A DNA stretch of 64,000 nt from Sphingomonadales bacterium. GTDB lineage: Bacteria > Pseudomonadota > Alphaproteobacteria > Sphingomonadales > Sphingomonadaceae. The notes beneath the pieces are model-generated. The model saw nothing but the letters and a program-made list of their open reading frames with translations. It searched no databases and was not told the DNA's origin. The position numbers and the translations under genes were made by a program. Below, one piece after another: positions 18,419 through 26,971 of the stretch. Numbering within the stretch: position 1 is the first letter of the stretch; the number at the start of each line of letters is the position of its first letter. The stretch lies in assembly GCA_038246995.1 (NCBI GenBank), contig JBBRVH010000001.1:4466-68465 (forward strand), read 5' to 3'.

Positions 18419-19245
18419 CCGAGGCTGCATTGCCGGCAACCAAGAAGCCGACCAACTGGGCCAGCGAGATCTGGCAGTTGTTCCTGCTCGTTCTCGCCGT
18501 GCTCGGCGTCCATTCCTTCATTGCCAAGCCATTCTATATCCCGTCGGGGTCGATGTTGCCGTCGCTGCTGATCGGTGACCGGCTGATCGTGTCGAAATTC
18601 CCCTATGGCTATTCCTATCTGTCGCCGTCGCTGAACGTGCTGCCCGAAATGCCGGGGCGCTTGTTCGGCCGACTGCCCGATCGCGGTGACATCGCCGTCA
18701 TCAAGAGCCCGCGCGACAAGACCGATTACATCAAGCGCGTCATCGGCCTGCCGGGTGATACGGTGCAGATGAAGGATGGCCAGCTCTGGCTCAACGGCGT
18801 GGCCGTGCCCAAGGTGGCGGTGGCCGATACAGTCATCCCGGTCAGCGCCAACAGCGATTGCGTGACTCCGATCGACGCGCAATATCGCACCACCAATGCC
18901 GCCGGCCAGCCCGAATGCCGCTTCCCCACCCATCGCGAGACGCTGCCGGGCGGGCGCACTTACCTGACCATGGACCTCGGCCAGACGCCGCAGGACAATA
19001 CCGAGCCGATGCTCGTTCCCGAAGGCACCATCTTCCTGATGGGCGACAACCGCGACAACAGCGAAGACAGCCGTTTCGATCCGGTCATCGGCGGGCTTGG
19101 CATGCTGCCGCTCGAAAATCTTGCCGGCCGCGCCGAATTCATCACCTTCTCGCTCGACGGCTCGACCGATTGGAACCCGGTGACCTGGTTCACCGCGGTC
19201 CGCAGCGGCCGCTATTTCATCAACCTCGATACCAAGCCCGAATAG
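18415..19245 (+). CDS. lepB: signal peptidase I
   Basis: [18 protein letters not shown] (Ser box), [22 protein letters not shown]. Confidence 0.9.
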   Translation: MTEAALPATKKPTNWASEIWQLFLLVLAVLGVHSFIAKPFYIPSGSMLPSLLIGDRLIVSKFPYGYSYLSPSLNVLPEMPGRLFGRLPDRGDIAVIKSPRDKTDYIKRVIGLPGDTVQMKDGQLWLNGVAVPKVAVADTVIPVSANSDCVTPIDAQYRTTNAAGQPECRFPTHRETLPGGRTYLTMDLGQTPQDNTEPMLVPEGTIFLMGDNRDNSEDSRFDPVIGGLGMLPLENLAGRAEFITFSLDGSTDWNPVTWFTAVRSGRYFINLDTKPE

Positions 19246-19251
19246 CGCCGG

Positions 19252-20313
19252 GTGCCTGCCAAGCCACCTGCCCCGCCGCCCAGCCCGATCGAACCACGCA
19301 GCGATCGGTCGCGCACAACGGTCGAAACCGCGCTCATCTGGATCGCCAGTGCCGCTGCGGTCTGGCTCGCCTGGCAATTGGCGCAGGCGCTGCTGCTGAT
19401 CTTCGCCGGGATCGTCGTTGCCGCCGGGTTGCGCAGCGCCGAACAATTGCTGCGCGGCGTCGTCAATATCCCGCATGCCGCGCGCCTGACCATCATCGTG
19501 GTCGCGCTGCTCGGGCTGATCATCGGCTTCATCGCCTTTGCCGGGGTGGCACTGGCGGCACAGGTGCAGGAACTGACCGCGACGATCGATGTCCAGATCA
19601 TCCGGTTGACCGAGTTGGCGAGCAAATTCGGCATCGTCATCGAGCCCGGACGCTCGCTGCTGGCACGGATGCCGGACTTGCTCGACGGGCATTTCGACCA
19701 GGTGGCGGCGCTGGTCGGTTCGGCGATCGGCGGGCTCGGCGCGCTGCTGTTCGCGTTCGTCTTCGGCATCTATGTCGCGGCCGATCCGCGTCTTTACGAA
19801 CGCGGGCTGGAATGGCTGACGCCGATGGCGGCGCGCGGCGAAATGCATGCCACGCTTGCCGAAATGGCGACAGTGCTGCGCCGCTGGGTCGCCGGCCGCT
19901 TGCTGACCATGGGCATCGAAGGCGGCTTCATCTTCATCGGCCTGTCGATCGTCGGGGTGCCGCTGGCCGGGCTGCTCGGGCTGGTCTCGGGGTTGCTCGC
20001 CTTCATCCCCAATCTGGGTGCCATGATCTCGGGCGCGTTGATCGTTGCTGTGGGTTTTTCGGTCGGGCCTACCGAAGGGCTGTGGGCGGTCGGCATCTAT
20101 CTGGCCGTGCAGTTGATCGAAGGCAATGTGCTGACTCCGCTCATCGAAAAGCGCGCGGTCGATCTGGCGCCCGCGGTCGTGTTGGCGGCGCAATTGCTGT
20201 TCGGCATCCTGTTCGGCGTGCTCGGCGTGGCGCTCGCCGATCCGATCGTCGCTTTGGCCAAGGTTGCACTTGTTCGCCGCAGCAAGCCTGTGGGAACCGA
20301 TACCACTGCCTGA
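19252..20313 (+). CDS. AI-2E family (PerM/YhhT-like) transporter
   Basis: 353 aa, polytopic. The overall pattern, including the C-terminal IEGNVLTPLI block, is typical of the family. Confidence 0.75.
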   Translation: MPAKPPAPPPSPIEPRSDRSRTTVETALIWIASAAAVWLAWQLAQALLLIFAGIVVAAGLRSAEQLLRGVVNIPHAARLTIIVVALLGLIIGFIAFAGVALAAQVQELTATIDVQIIRLTELASKFGIVIEPGRSLLARMPDLLDGHFDQVAALVGSAIGGLGALLFAFVFGIYVAADPRLYERGLEWLTPMAARGEMHATLAEMATVLRRWVAGRLLTMGIEGGFIFIGLSIVGVPLAGLLGLVSGLLAFIPNLGAMISGALIVAVGFSVGPTEGLWAVGIYLAVQLIEGNVLTPLIEKRAVDLAPAVVLAAQLLFGILFGVLGVALADPIVALAKVALVRRSKPVGTDTTA

Positions 20314-20368
20314 CCGTTACAGCGCATGACGCCGTGGTATTTCGCCCGGCCGTGCCGAAAGACAGACC

Positions 20369-20698
20369 ATGGCCGAACAGCCCCATAGCGACCGCCCGAT
20401 CGAAACCCGCAGCTCGGGAGTCCCCGGCTGGCTGCTTGCCTTGCTGGTCATCGTCGGGCTCATCATCGCCGCGTTCGCGCTCGGCCTGGTGAATGTCGAC
20501 CAGCTCAGCTCGGGCAAGGCCCCCGGCGTGAAGGTCGAAACCACCGGCGGCGAACTCCCGACCTTCGATGTCGATACTGCCACGGTCGATCTCGGCAAGA
20601 AGGAAAAGACCGTTCAGGTCCCCACGATCGATGTCGGCAGCAAGGACGCGACCGTCACCGTGCCAACGGTCAATGTCGAGCCTGCCAAGGACAAATAG
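20369..20698 (+). CDS. small membrane-anchored hypothetical protein with internal PT(I/V/F)(D/N)V repeats
   Basis: 109 aa. One TM (GWLLALLVIVGLIIAAFALGLV), then PTFDVDTATVDLG / PTIDVGSKDATVTV / PTVNVEP repeats. Confidence 0.5.
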   Translation: MAEQPHSDRPIETRSSGVPGWLLALLVIVGLIIAAFALGLVNVDQLSSGKAPGVKVETTGGELPTFDVDTATVDLGKKEKTVQVPTIDVGSKDATVTVPTVNVEPAKDK

Positions 20699-20736
20699 TC
20701 GACACGGCGGCACGGCAGGCTTAACCCCAAGCCACC

Positions 20737-21198
20737 GTGCCGCCCTTTCCAGCCTCCCCCCAGATGGCCGCCGCGCTTGCCGAAGCGCGCGCGGCAGCGG
20801 CGCGTGGCGAAGTGCCCGTTGGCGCGGTGGTTTCCGCCGCAGATGGTCGCCTGCTCGCCGCTGCGGGCAACCGCACACTTGAACTTCATGATCCCACCGC
20901 CCATGCCGAGATCCTGGCGCTGCGGGCGGCCTGCGCTGCCATGGGCAGTGAACGCCTTCCCGGTGCCACGCTGCATGTCACCCTCGAACCCTGCCCGATG
21001 TGCGCGGCGGCGATCGCCCAGGCGCGCATCGCGACTTTGGTCTATGGCGCTTCCGATCCGAAATCGGGCGGCATCGAGCAGGGCCCGCGGATTTTTTCGC
21101 ATCCGCAAAGCCATCATGTGCCGCAGGTGATCTCGGGCATCGGCGAGATCGAGGCCGCCGCGCTGCTGAGGGCGTTTTTCCAGCGCCTGCGATCCTGA
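20737..21198 (+). CDS. tadA: tRNA adenosine(34) deaminase
   Basis: HAEILALR...LEPCPMCAAAI zinc-binding CDA motifs. Start may be the internal ATG at 20764. Confidence 0.9.
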   Translation: MPPFPASPQMAAALAEARAAAARGEVPVGAVVSAADGRLLAAAGNRTLELHDPTAHAEILALRAACAAMGSERLPGATLHVTLEPCPMCAAAIAQARIATLVYGASDPKSGGIEQGPRIFSHPQSHHVPQVISGIGEIEAAALLRAFFQRLRS

Positions 21199-21313
21199 TG
21201 CCGGCGATTGCGCTGTGCAACAATTGCCGTAGATAATTGTAAGGTTGGTCGGAAGTTGCGGACTCCGGTCGGATTATCCGCTATCAGTGTGTGCTTGCTG
21301 GCAAATCTTTGCG

Positions 21314-22399
21314 ATGCCGCGCCATATCGGAAGCCGAATGTCGGACGTCAGCTCGGCAAATTCCTCACCGCCTATCGACCCTGCAAGCGTCGCCGACGCG
21401 CTGGAGGGTGACCGGTTCAAGCAGTTTCTCGATCATATCCCGGTCGCCGTTGCCGTATCGGAGCTGCAGCCGTCGGAAATCGTCACCTATGCCAATCTCG
21501 AATTCCAGCGCCTGACCGGCCGCGACGCGGCACAGATCGAAGGCCGCAGCTGGCGATCATTGCCCGGCATCGCTTCGGCGGATGGCGACGAACGGCTGCT
21601 GCGCGACGCCGTGCTCGATGATTCCGAATATATCGGCGTTTTCCGCATCGAACGCGATTCAGGCCCGGTCGATGTCGATGTCTGGTCGAACACCATCGAA
21701 AACGAAGCCGGTGAACCGATCTATCGCCTCGTCGCCATGGGTTGCGCCCCGAGCGCGGTCGAAGACCCGGCGGCCAAGGCGCTGATCGACAAGGACACGC
21801 CGCTCAAGGAGCTTCAGCACCGGGTCAAGAACAACCTCCAGATGATCACGGCGCTGATCCGGCTGGAAGCACGCAACGTCACCGGCGAGGATGGCAGCGA
21901 ACGCCTCAGCCGTCTGGCGGGCCGGATCAATGCGCTGGCGGTCCTGTACGAGGCGCTGTCCCACAACGAAGCCGGCGATTCGGTCGATCTCGGCGCCTAT
22001 ATCGGGCAGATCGCTTCGGCGATCATGCAGGCCCATGCCGTCGAAGGCATCAGGCTGGACACCCGGATCGATACCTGGCCGGTCACGGTCAATGTCGCGA
22101 TGCCGGCGGGGCTGGTGGTCAACGAAGTGCTGACCAATGCCCTGAAGCACGCCTTTGTCGGGCGCGAGGGCGGCACCATCAAGCTGCACAGCCTGATCGA
22201 CGATGATGGCTGCCACATCACCATCGCCGATGATGGCGTCGGCTTTCCCGAGGGCTTAAGCTGGCCGCAACCGGGGCGATTGAGCGCCATGATCCTGCAT
22301 TCGCTCAAGCAGAATGCCGCCGCCACGGTATCGGTCGCCTCCACCCCCGGCGCCGGCGTCGCCGTGACGATCTTCTTTGCCCGGCCGACGCTAGACTGA
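21314..22399 (+). CDS. PAS-domain sensor histidine kinase (HisKA_2/HWE-type H-box)
   Basis: H-box LKELQHRVKNNLQMITALIRLE and ATPase region NEVLTNALKHAF...ADDGVGFP. Start uncertain (21245, 21314 or 21338). No adjacent response regulator. Confidence 0.8.
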   Translation: MPRHIGSRMSDVSSANSSPPIDPASVADALEGDRFKQFLDHIPVAVAVSELQPSEIVTYANLEFQRLTGRDAAQIEGRSWRSLPGIASADGDERLLRDAVLDDSEYIGVFRIERDSGPVDVDVWSNTIENEAGEPIYRLVAMGCAPSAVEDPAAKALIDKDTPLKELQHRVKNNLQMITALIRLEARNVTGEDGSERLSRLAGRINALAVLYEALSHNEAGDSVDLGAYIGQIASAIMQAHAVEGIRLDTRIDTWPVTVNVAMPAGLVVNEVLTNALKHAFVGREGGTIKLHSLIDDDGCHITIADDGVGFPEGLSWPQPGRLSAMILHSLKQNAAATVSVASTPGAGVAVTIFFARPTLD

Positions 22400-23248
22400 C
22401 CCGCGCAGCCACGCGACCAGCGCAGCATTCACCGCTGCCGGCGCATCCTGCTGCACCCAGTGCGACGCGTCGGGCAGCGTCACCAGCGTGAAATCGCGCA
22501 CCAGCGGGCCATAGCCCTGTGTATTGGCGAAATCGATCGCCATGTCCTGTTCACCCCAGATCATCAGCGTGGGCACATCGATGACAACAACCGGTTCTGC
22601 CAGCACATCGGGGAAATTGGCGCGGTAATAGGCGATCATCGCCGTCAACGCCCCCGGCACACAGGCATTGGCGCGGTAATGCGCAATGATGTCGGGCGGG
22701 AAAGCCGCCTTATCGACGGCGCTGTCGGTAAAGGCCCGGCCCACGGCCTGCGCCCCGCGCGCGCCCAACAAGGCTTCGGGCAGCCAGGGGATCTGGAAGA
22801 ACGCCACATACCAGCTCTTGCGCTTTTGCGGCCATGAAGTGCGCAGCGTGTGGCGGAAAACCGCCGGGTGCGGCACGTTCATGATGACCAGCCCATCGAG
22901 CGCTACCGCCCGCCGCTGCGCCACCACCCAGGCGATCAACGCCCCCCAATCATGCGCGACCAGCAGCTTTCGACGCGCGCCGAGCGCGTCGAACAGCGCC
23001 GCGGTATCGGCGACGAGATGATCGATATGGTACGCCGATTGCGCCGCTGGCCGGCTGGTGTCGCCATAGCCGCGCAGATCGGGCGCCACCGCGTGCCAGC
23101 CCTGGCTGGCAAGCACCGGCAACTGGTGCCGCCACGATTTGCGGCTTTCGGGAAAGCCATGCAGGCACAGTGCGATATCCGGCCCGTCGCCGCATTCATC
23201 GATGGCGAAATCGATGCCGTTGGCGGTGATGTGGCGGCTGGTGATCAC
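22391..23248 (-). CDS. alpha/beta hydrolase (epoxide hydrolase/dehalogenase-like)
   Basis: LHGFPESRKSW, DLRGYGDT and the nucleophile elbow VAHDWGALIA. Start set to GTG 23248, overlapping the upstream stop (GTGA). The ORF-track N-terminal 146 aa overlap the neighbouring gene. Confidence 0.8.
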   Translation of the reverse strand: MITSRHITANGIDFAIDECGDGPDIALCLHGFPESRKSWRHQLPVLASQGWHAVAPDLRGYGDTSRPAAQSAYHIDHLVADTAALFDALGARRKLLVAHDWGALIAWVVAQRRAVALDGLVIMNVPHPAVFRHTLRTSWPQKRKSWYVAFFQIPWLPEALLGARGAQAVGRAFTDSAVDKAAFPPDIIAHYRANACVPGALTAMIAYYRANFPDVLAEPVVVIDVPTLMIWGEQDMAIDFANTQGYGPLVRDFTLVTLPDASHWVQQDAPAAVNAALVAWLRGSV

Positions 23249-24165
23249 GCGTTGAAATGCAGCCGCAGCCCCGGCCGCGGCCAGCGCGCCCGCGCCATCT
23301 TGCCCGTCGTCGACAGGCACACCCACACGTCCATCATGTCGGCGCCGCCGAAGCAGATATTGGTGGTCAGCAAATCGGGGAAGGGAAAGAATTCCTGCGC
23401 GCCCGTCGCCGGATCGACCGAGGTAATGCCAGCGCTTTCGATCAGCGTCGCCTGGGCGATATTGCCATTGGCCTCCATCGCCAGGCTGTCGAGATAGGTC
23501 TTGTTCGGCCAGGTCGTCACGAACCGCCCCGGCACGGCGGCGAGCGGCGACGGCGCCACGGTGCCCGGCCCGGTAATGTCGAATTCCAGGATCACCCGTC
23601 CGGCGGTGACGGCCGCATAGACCTTCGTGCCATCGGGCGACAAACCAACCCCATTGAGATTGGGGCCATGAACCGCGCAGACGCACGACGAACCATCGAT
23701 CTTGCCATAGAACAGCCCGCCCTTGGTCTCGTGATGCGGGAAATGCTTGCCGAGATCGGTGAACCAGAAGCCCCCCGCCGCATCGAAAACGATGTCATTG
23801 GGACCCGACAGCGCCAGGCCGCCATCGGTCTTGTCGTACAATCGCGTCACCGCGCCGGTGGCGATGTCGACCCGCTCGATGCGCCCGGTGGTATAATCAT
23901 CGGCGGCATTGCCCGGCAGCAGCAAGCCATCCTGTTCATACCAGGCAAAGCCGCCATTGTTGCAGACATAGATCGCACCATCGGGGCCGATCGCCGCCCC
24001 GTTCGGCCCGCCGCCGGTGGTGGCAACGGTCGACAGCGTGCCATCGGGGGCGAGGCGGGTCAGTTTCCCGGCCTTGATCTCGACGAAGATGACACTGCCA
24101 TCGTCCATGGCGATGGGCCCTTCGGGAAATTGCAGGCCCTCGGCGACGATGCTGTGCGGATGCAT
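23245..24165 (-). CDS. SMP-30/gluconolactonase/LRE-family protein
   Basis: GLQFPEGPIAMDDGSV...GGPNGAAIGPDG...PNDIVFD beta-propeller pattern. Confidence 0.85.
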   Translation of the reverse strand: MHPHSIVAEGLQFPEGPIAMDDGSVIFVEIKAGKLTRLAPDGTLSTVATTGGGPNGAAIGPDGAIYVCNNGGFAWYEQDGLLLPGNAADDYTTGRIERVDIATGAVTRLYDKTDGGLALSGPNDIVFDAAGGFWFTDLGKHFPHHETKGGLFYGKIDGSSCVCAVHGPNLNGVGLSPDGTKVYAAVTAGRVILEFDITGPGTVAPSPLAAVPGRFVTTWPNKTYLDSLAMEANGNIAQATLIESAGITSVDPATGAQEFFPFPDLLTTNICFGGADMMDVWVCLSTTGKMARARWPRPGLRLHFNA

Positions 24166-24252
24166 GATGGTGATCTCCCCAGAATGTTTTTTACAGCATA
24201 GTGCCGGGGAGTCAGGTGCAGCGCCAGTGGTGAAAAGGGGAGCGTCGAAGGT

Positions 24253-24289
24253 GCCTCCGGCGGCTGGGCCTGAGGCCCGGACCCCATTT
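24253..24289 (+). repeat. REP-like element, copy c (same family as 3108-3144)
   Basis: gcctccggcggctgggcctgaggcccggaccccattt aligns with the reverse complement of 3950-3987 at roughly 32 of 38 positions. Confidence 0.6.
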
Positions 24290-24341
24290 GCGCCAGGTCC
24301 CGGGCATGGTATATACTTTATCAGTACCTGGAGGTCTTGCG

Positions 24342-24620
24342 ATGTCGAAAGCGGCAGTGTTCACCCTAAAGATCGAACCCGATCTGCGCGCCGAATTCAT
24401 GGCCGCCGCCGAGGCCAACCATCGACCGGCATCGCAGGTCGTTCGCGAACTGATGCGCGAATTCGTCCAGCAGCAACAGGAGCGCAGCGAACATACCGCC
24501 TTCCTGCAACAAAAGGTCGATGCCGCGCGCACATCAATCGGCGCCGGCCAGGGCCGCCCGAACGAAGCCGTCGAAGCCGAATTTTCCGCCCGCCGCGCAC
24601 TGCTCGCTGACGATCTGTGA
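24342..24620 (+). CDS. parD: ribbon-helix-helix antitoxin (ParD/CopG-like)
   Basis: MSKAAVFTLKIEPDLRAEFMAAAEANHRPASQVVRELMREFV is a typical RHH N-terminus. Its stop overlaps the toxin GTG (GTGA). Confidence 0.75.
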   Translation: MSKAAVFTLKIEPDLRAEFMAAAEANHRPASQVVRELMREFVQQQQERSEHTAFLQQKVDAARTSIGAGQGRPNEAVEAEFSARRALLADDL

Positions 24621-24901
24621 AAATCATCTGGACGCCGGAAGCGGTTCAGGACCGCGCCGCCATCTGGGACTATAGCGCACTCCGCGACCCCGCCGCAGCC
24701 CTGCGAATTGACCAGCTGTTCAGCACCGCCGTCGCCCAACTCGCCGATTTCCCCCAACTCGGCCACCCCGGCGAAATCGCCGGCACCCGCGAACTTACCC
24801 CGCATCGCAGCTATCGCATCGTTTATGAAATTATCGACGAGACAATCTAAATCCTCGTCCTGATCCACACCAAACGCCAATGGCCACCGCTTGGTGCGTA
24901 A
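24617..24901 (+). pseudogene. parE: RelE/ParE-family toxin interrupted by an in-frame TAA at 24848-24850
   Basis: MKIIWTPEAVQDRAAIWDYS...PHRSYRIVYEIIDETI then stop. The same frame continues ILVLIHTKRQWPPLGA to the TAA at 24899-24901, which is the expected conserved C-terminal strand of this family. Confidence 0.6.
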
Positions 24902-24928
24902 AGTTGACGGCATGGAGACAAGAAAACA

Positions 24929-24965
24929 GCCTCCGGCAGCCGTGCCTGAGGCGCGCCCCCTTATT
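24929..24965 (+). repeat. degenerate REP-like element, copy d
   Basis: gcctccggcagccgtgcctgaggcgcgcccccttatt. The first 24 nt match copy c with 3 mismatches, in the same orientation. Confidence 0.45.
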
Positions 24966-25102
24966 GCTGCCGTGTCGAGAGCCAGCTTCTGGTCAGTCGC
25001 CAGGCAGCCCAGGATGCCCGCAGCAAAAAGCTTCATAGCCAATTCTCAAAGGATCAGGTGCAGGGGGTTACCCCGTGCCCGCCGGAGGCCCTTTCGTAGC
25101 AC

Positions 25103-26731
25103 TCACTTCGGCCCGTTGGCCCGCAGCGGCACATATTCATTGCCCGCATTCCACATCGGCCAGTCCGTCCCGTCCGCCAGTTTCCGCCCGACGAGATACG
25201 CCACGCTCGCCTCTTGCGCTGTCCCCGCGAACGTCCAGTCGGCCGTGAACTGGTCGCTCGGCTGGTGGTAGCGGGTGGCGTTATAGGCGCCAACCAGCGC
25301 GTCGCCTTTCGCCGTGCCGCCCGCCACCAGATCACGCCCGGCGCGGAAGGACAGCGCCGGCACGCCGCGGCGGGCGAAGGGGTAATGGTCGCTGCGGAAA
25401 TACCAGCCGGCTTCGGGGTTGGGTTCGTCGCTGACCCGCAGCCCGAGCGATGCGGCAGCGCGGCGCAAATCACCCTCCAGCGGCGTACGGCCACCGCCGA
25501 CCAGTTCGATATTCTTCGCCGCCGGCAGCACGACATGCGGATCGAGGTTGATCACCGCCACCGTGCTCGCCAGCGCGTGGACCGGGTGGCCGGCATAATA
25601 TTCGGCGCCGAGCAGGCCCTTTTCCTCCGCCGTCCAGGCGGCGAACACCACCGATCGCGCCGGTTTCGGCCCCTTGGCAAAGGCGCGGGCGACTTCCAGC
25701 AGTTCGGCGGTGCCGGTGGCATTGTCGATGGCGCCGTTGCGGATGGCATCGCCGCTCGCATCGGGGCCATTGCGACCGTTGGCATCCCAATGCGCGCCGT
25801 AGAGCACGGTTTCGGCGGGCCGGGCGGCGCCGGGCAGGATGCCGATGACATTGTGGCTGGTCACCAGCGTCGCCTTGAGTTCGCCCTGGGCCGACAGGCT
25901 GGCCCCGGGCAAGGCCATGGCGGCAAAGCCCGGCGCGCGGGCGCGGGCCTTGGCATCGGCAAGGTCCAACCCCGCCGAAGCGAGCAATTCGGTACCAAGC
26001 CGCAGGGGCAACCAGCCGCTGAACTTGAGCGTCGACGGCGCTGGCGGCGCCCCTTTAGACGCTGTCAGCGGCGCAAAGCTCATTGCCGGCAGCGCATCGC
26101 CGCTCGCCACCTGGAGCCAGGGGTAGCTGGCGGCGGCATCTTCGTGAATGACCAGCACGCCCGCCGCACCGGCGCGCGCCGCGGCTTCGAATTTCGATCC
26201 GACCCGCCCGGCGACGACCAGCCGCCGGCCTTCGAAACCGAGATCGCTGCCGGCCTCGAAATCGGGATCATTGGCAAGGACGACGGCAATCTTGCCCTGC
26301 ATGTCGACGCCGCGATAGGCGTCATAACCGTTCCCGACGATACCGAAACCGGCAAAGACCAGCGGCAAACCGGTGATTGCCGTCACCCCCGGGTTGCGCA
26401 GTGCCAGCGTCACGTCCTGGCCGGTGCGCAGCGCCAGCGTCTTGCCACCGAAGGTCAGCGATACGACGGCGCCGGGCAGGCGATCGAGCCGGACCAGCGG
26501 CACTTCCTGCAGCCAGCCACCGTTGGGGCCGCCGGGTTGCAGGCCGGCCGCAGCCATGGATTTTGCCAGGAATTCCATGGTTTTCGCCTCGCCATCCTCC
26601 CCCGGCCCGCGGCCGCCAAAGGCATCGGAAGACAGGGTTTCGACATCGGCCTTGATCCGCGCTGCCGAAATCGGCGGTGGCGGTGCCGCCGCGAGCAAGA
26701 CCAGGGCGAAAGGAGCAAGGAGGATGCGCAT
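25103..26731 (-). CDS. M28-family aminopeptidase with PA domain, secreted
   Basis: Signal peptide MRILLAPFALVLLAAA, M28 motifs GAHWDA...GAIDNATGTAELLE...AAWTAEEKGLLG. Start moved to ATG 26731. Confidence 0.85.
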   Translation of the reverse strand: MRILLAPFALVLLAAAPPPPISAARIKADVETLSSDAFGGRGPGEDGEAKTMEFLAKSMAAAGLQPGGPNGGWLQEVPLVRLDRLPGAVVSLTFGGKTLALRTGQDVTLALRNPGVTAITGLPLVFAGFGIVGNGYDAYRGVDMQGKIAVVLANDPDFEAGSDLGFEGRRLVVAGRVGSKFEAAARAGAAGVLVIHEDAAASYPWLQVASGDALPAMSFAPLTASKGAPPAPSTLKFSGWLPLRLGTELLASAGLDLADAKARARAPGFAAMALPGASLSAQGELKATLVTSHNVIGILPGAARPAETVLYGAHWDANGRNGPDASGDAIRNGAIDNATGTAELLEVARAFAKGPKPARSVVFAAWTAEEKGLLGAEYYAGHPVHALASTVAVINLDPHVVLPAAKNIELVGGGRTPLEGDLRRAAASLGLRVSDEPNPEAGWYFRSDHYPFARRGVPALSFRAGRDLVAGGTAKGDALVGAYNATRYHQPSDQFTADWTFAGTAQEASVAYLVGRKLADGTDWPMWNAGNEYVPLRANGPK

Positions 26732-26971
26732 CGCCCTAACAGACCGGCATTCGCCGCCCCGCGCAAGCCCGGCATCTGTCCTACACGCCGGAAATCTGGT
26801 AGCAAAAATTGCCGCCGACCGCGGTGGCGACGATGTGGCCGCCAGCACGTCAAATCCCGCAGATCCGTCAACTTTGTCAATTTGTGAACTTTCGGTAATG
26901 CAATGCCACCCCTTCCCAGTCCGGTCGCTGCCGGTTAATGTTCCGCAATTGTTCTATACAAAGGCTCTGAC

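Noticed and set aside
22391-23686. Full-length ORF-track versions of several genes (22391-23686, 41442-42488, 47127-48545, 48236-49240, 32743-34221, 61827-63482)
   Set aside because: The N-terminal extensions overlap neighbouring real genes or intergenic DNA and lack family similarity. Internal ATG/GTG starts with coupling overlaps or signal peptides fit better, so I trimmed them.
24212-25042. 276-aa minus-strand ORF antisense to parDE. Its first residues MKLFAAGILGC look like a lipoprotein signal.
   Set aside because: Most of it is the antisense of the TA genes with low-complexity translation, and there is no SD before the ATG at 25036/25042. At best it is a short N-terminal remnant of a disrupted lipoprotein gene. 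Not enough to call.
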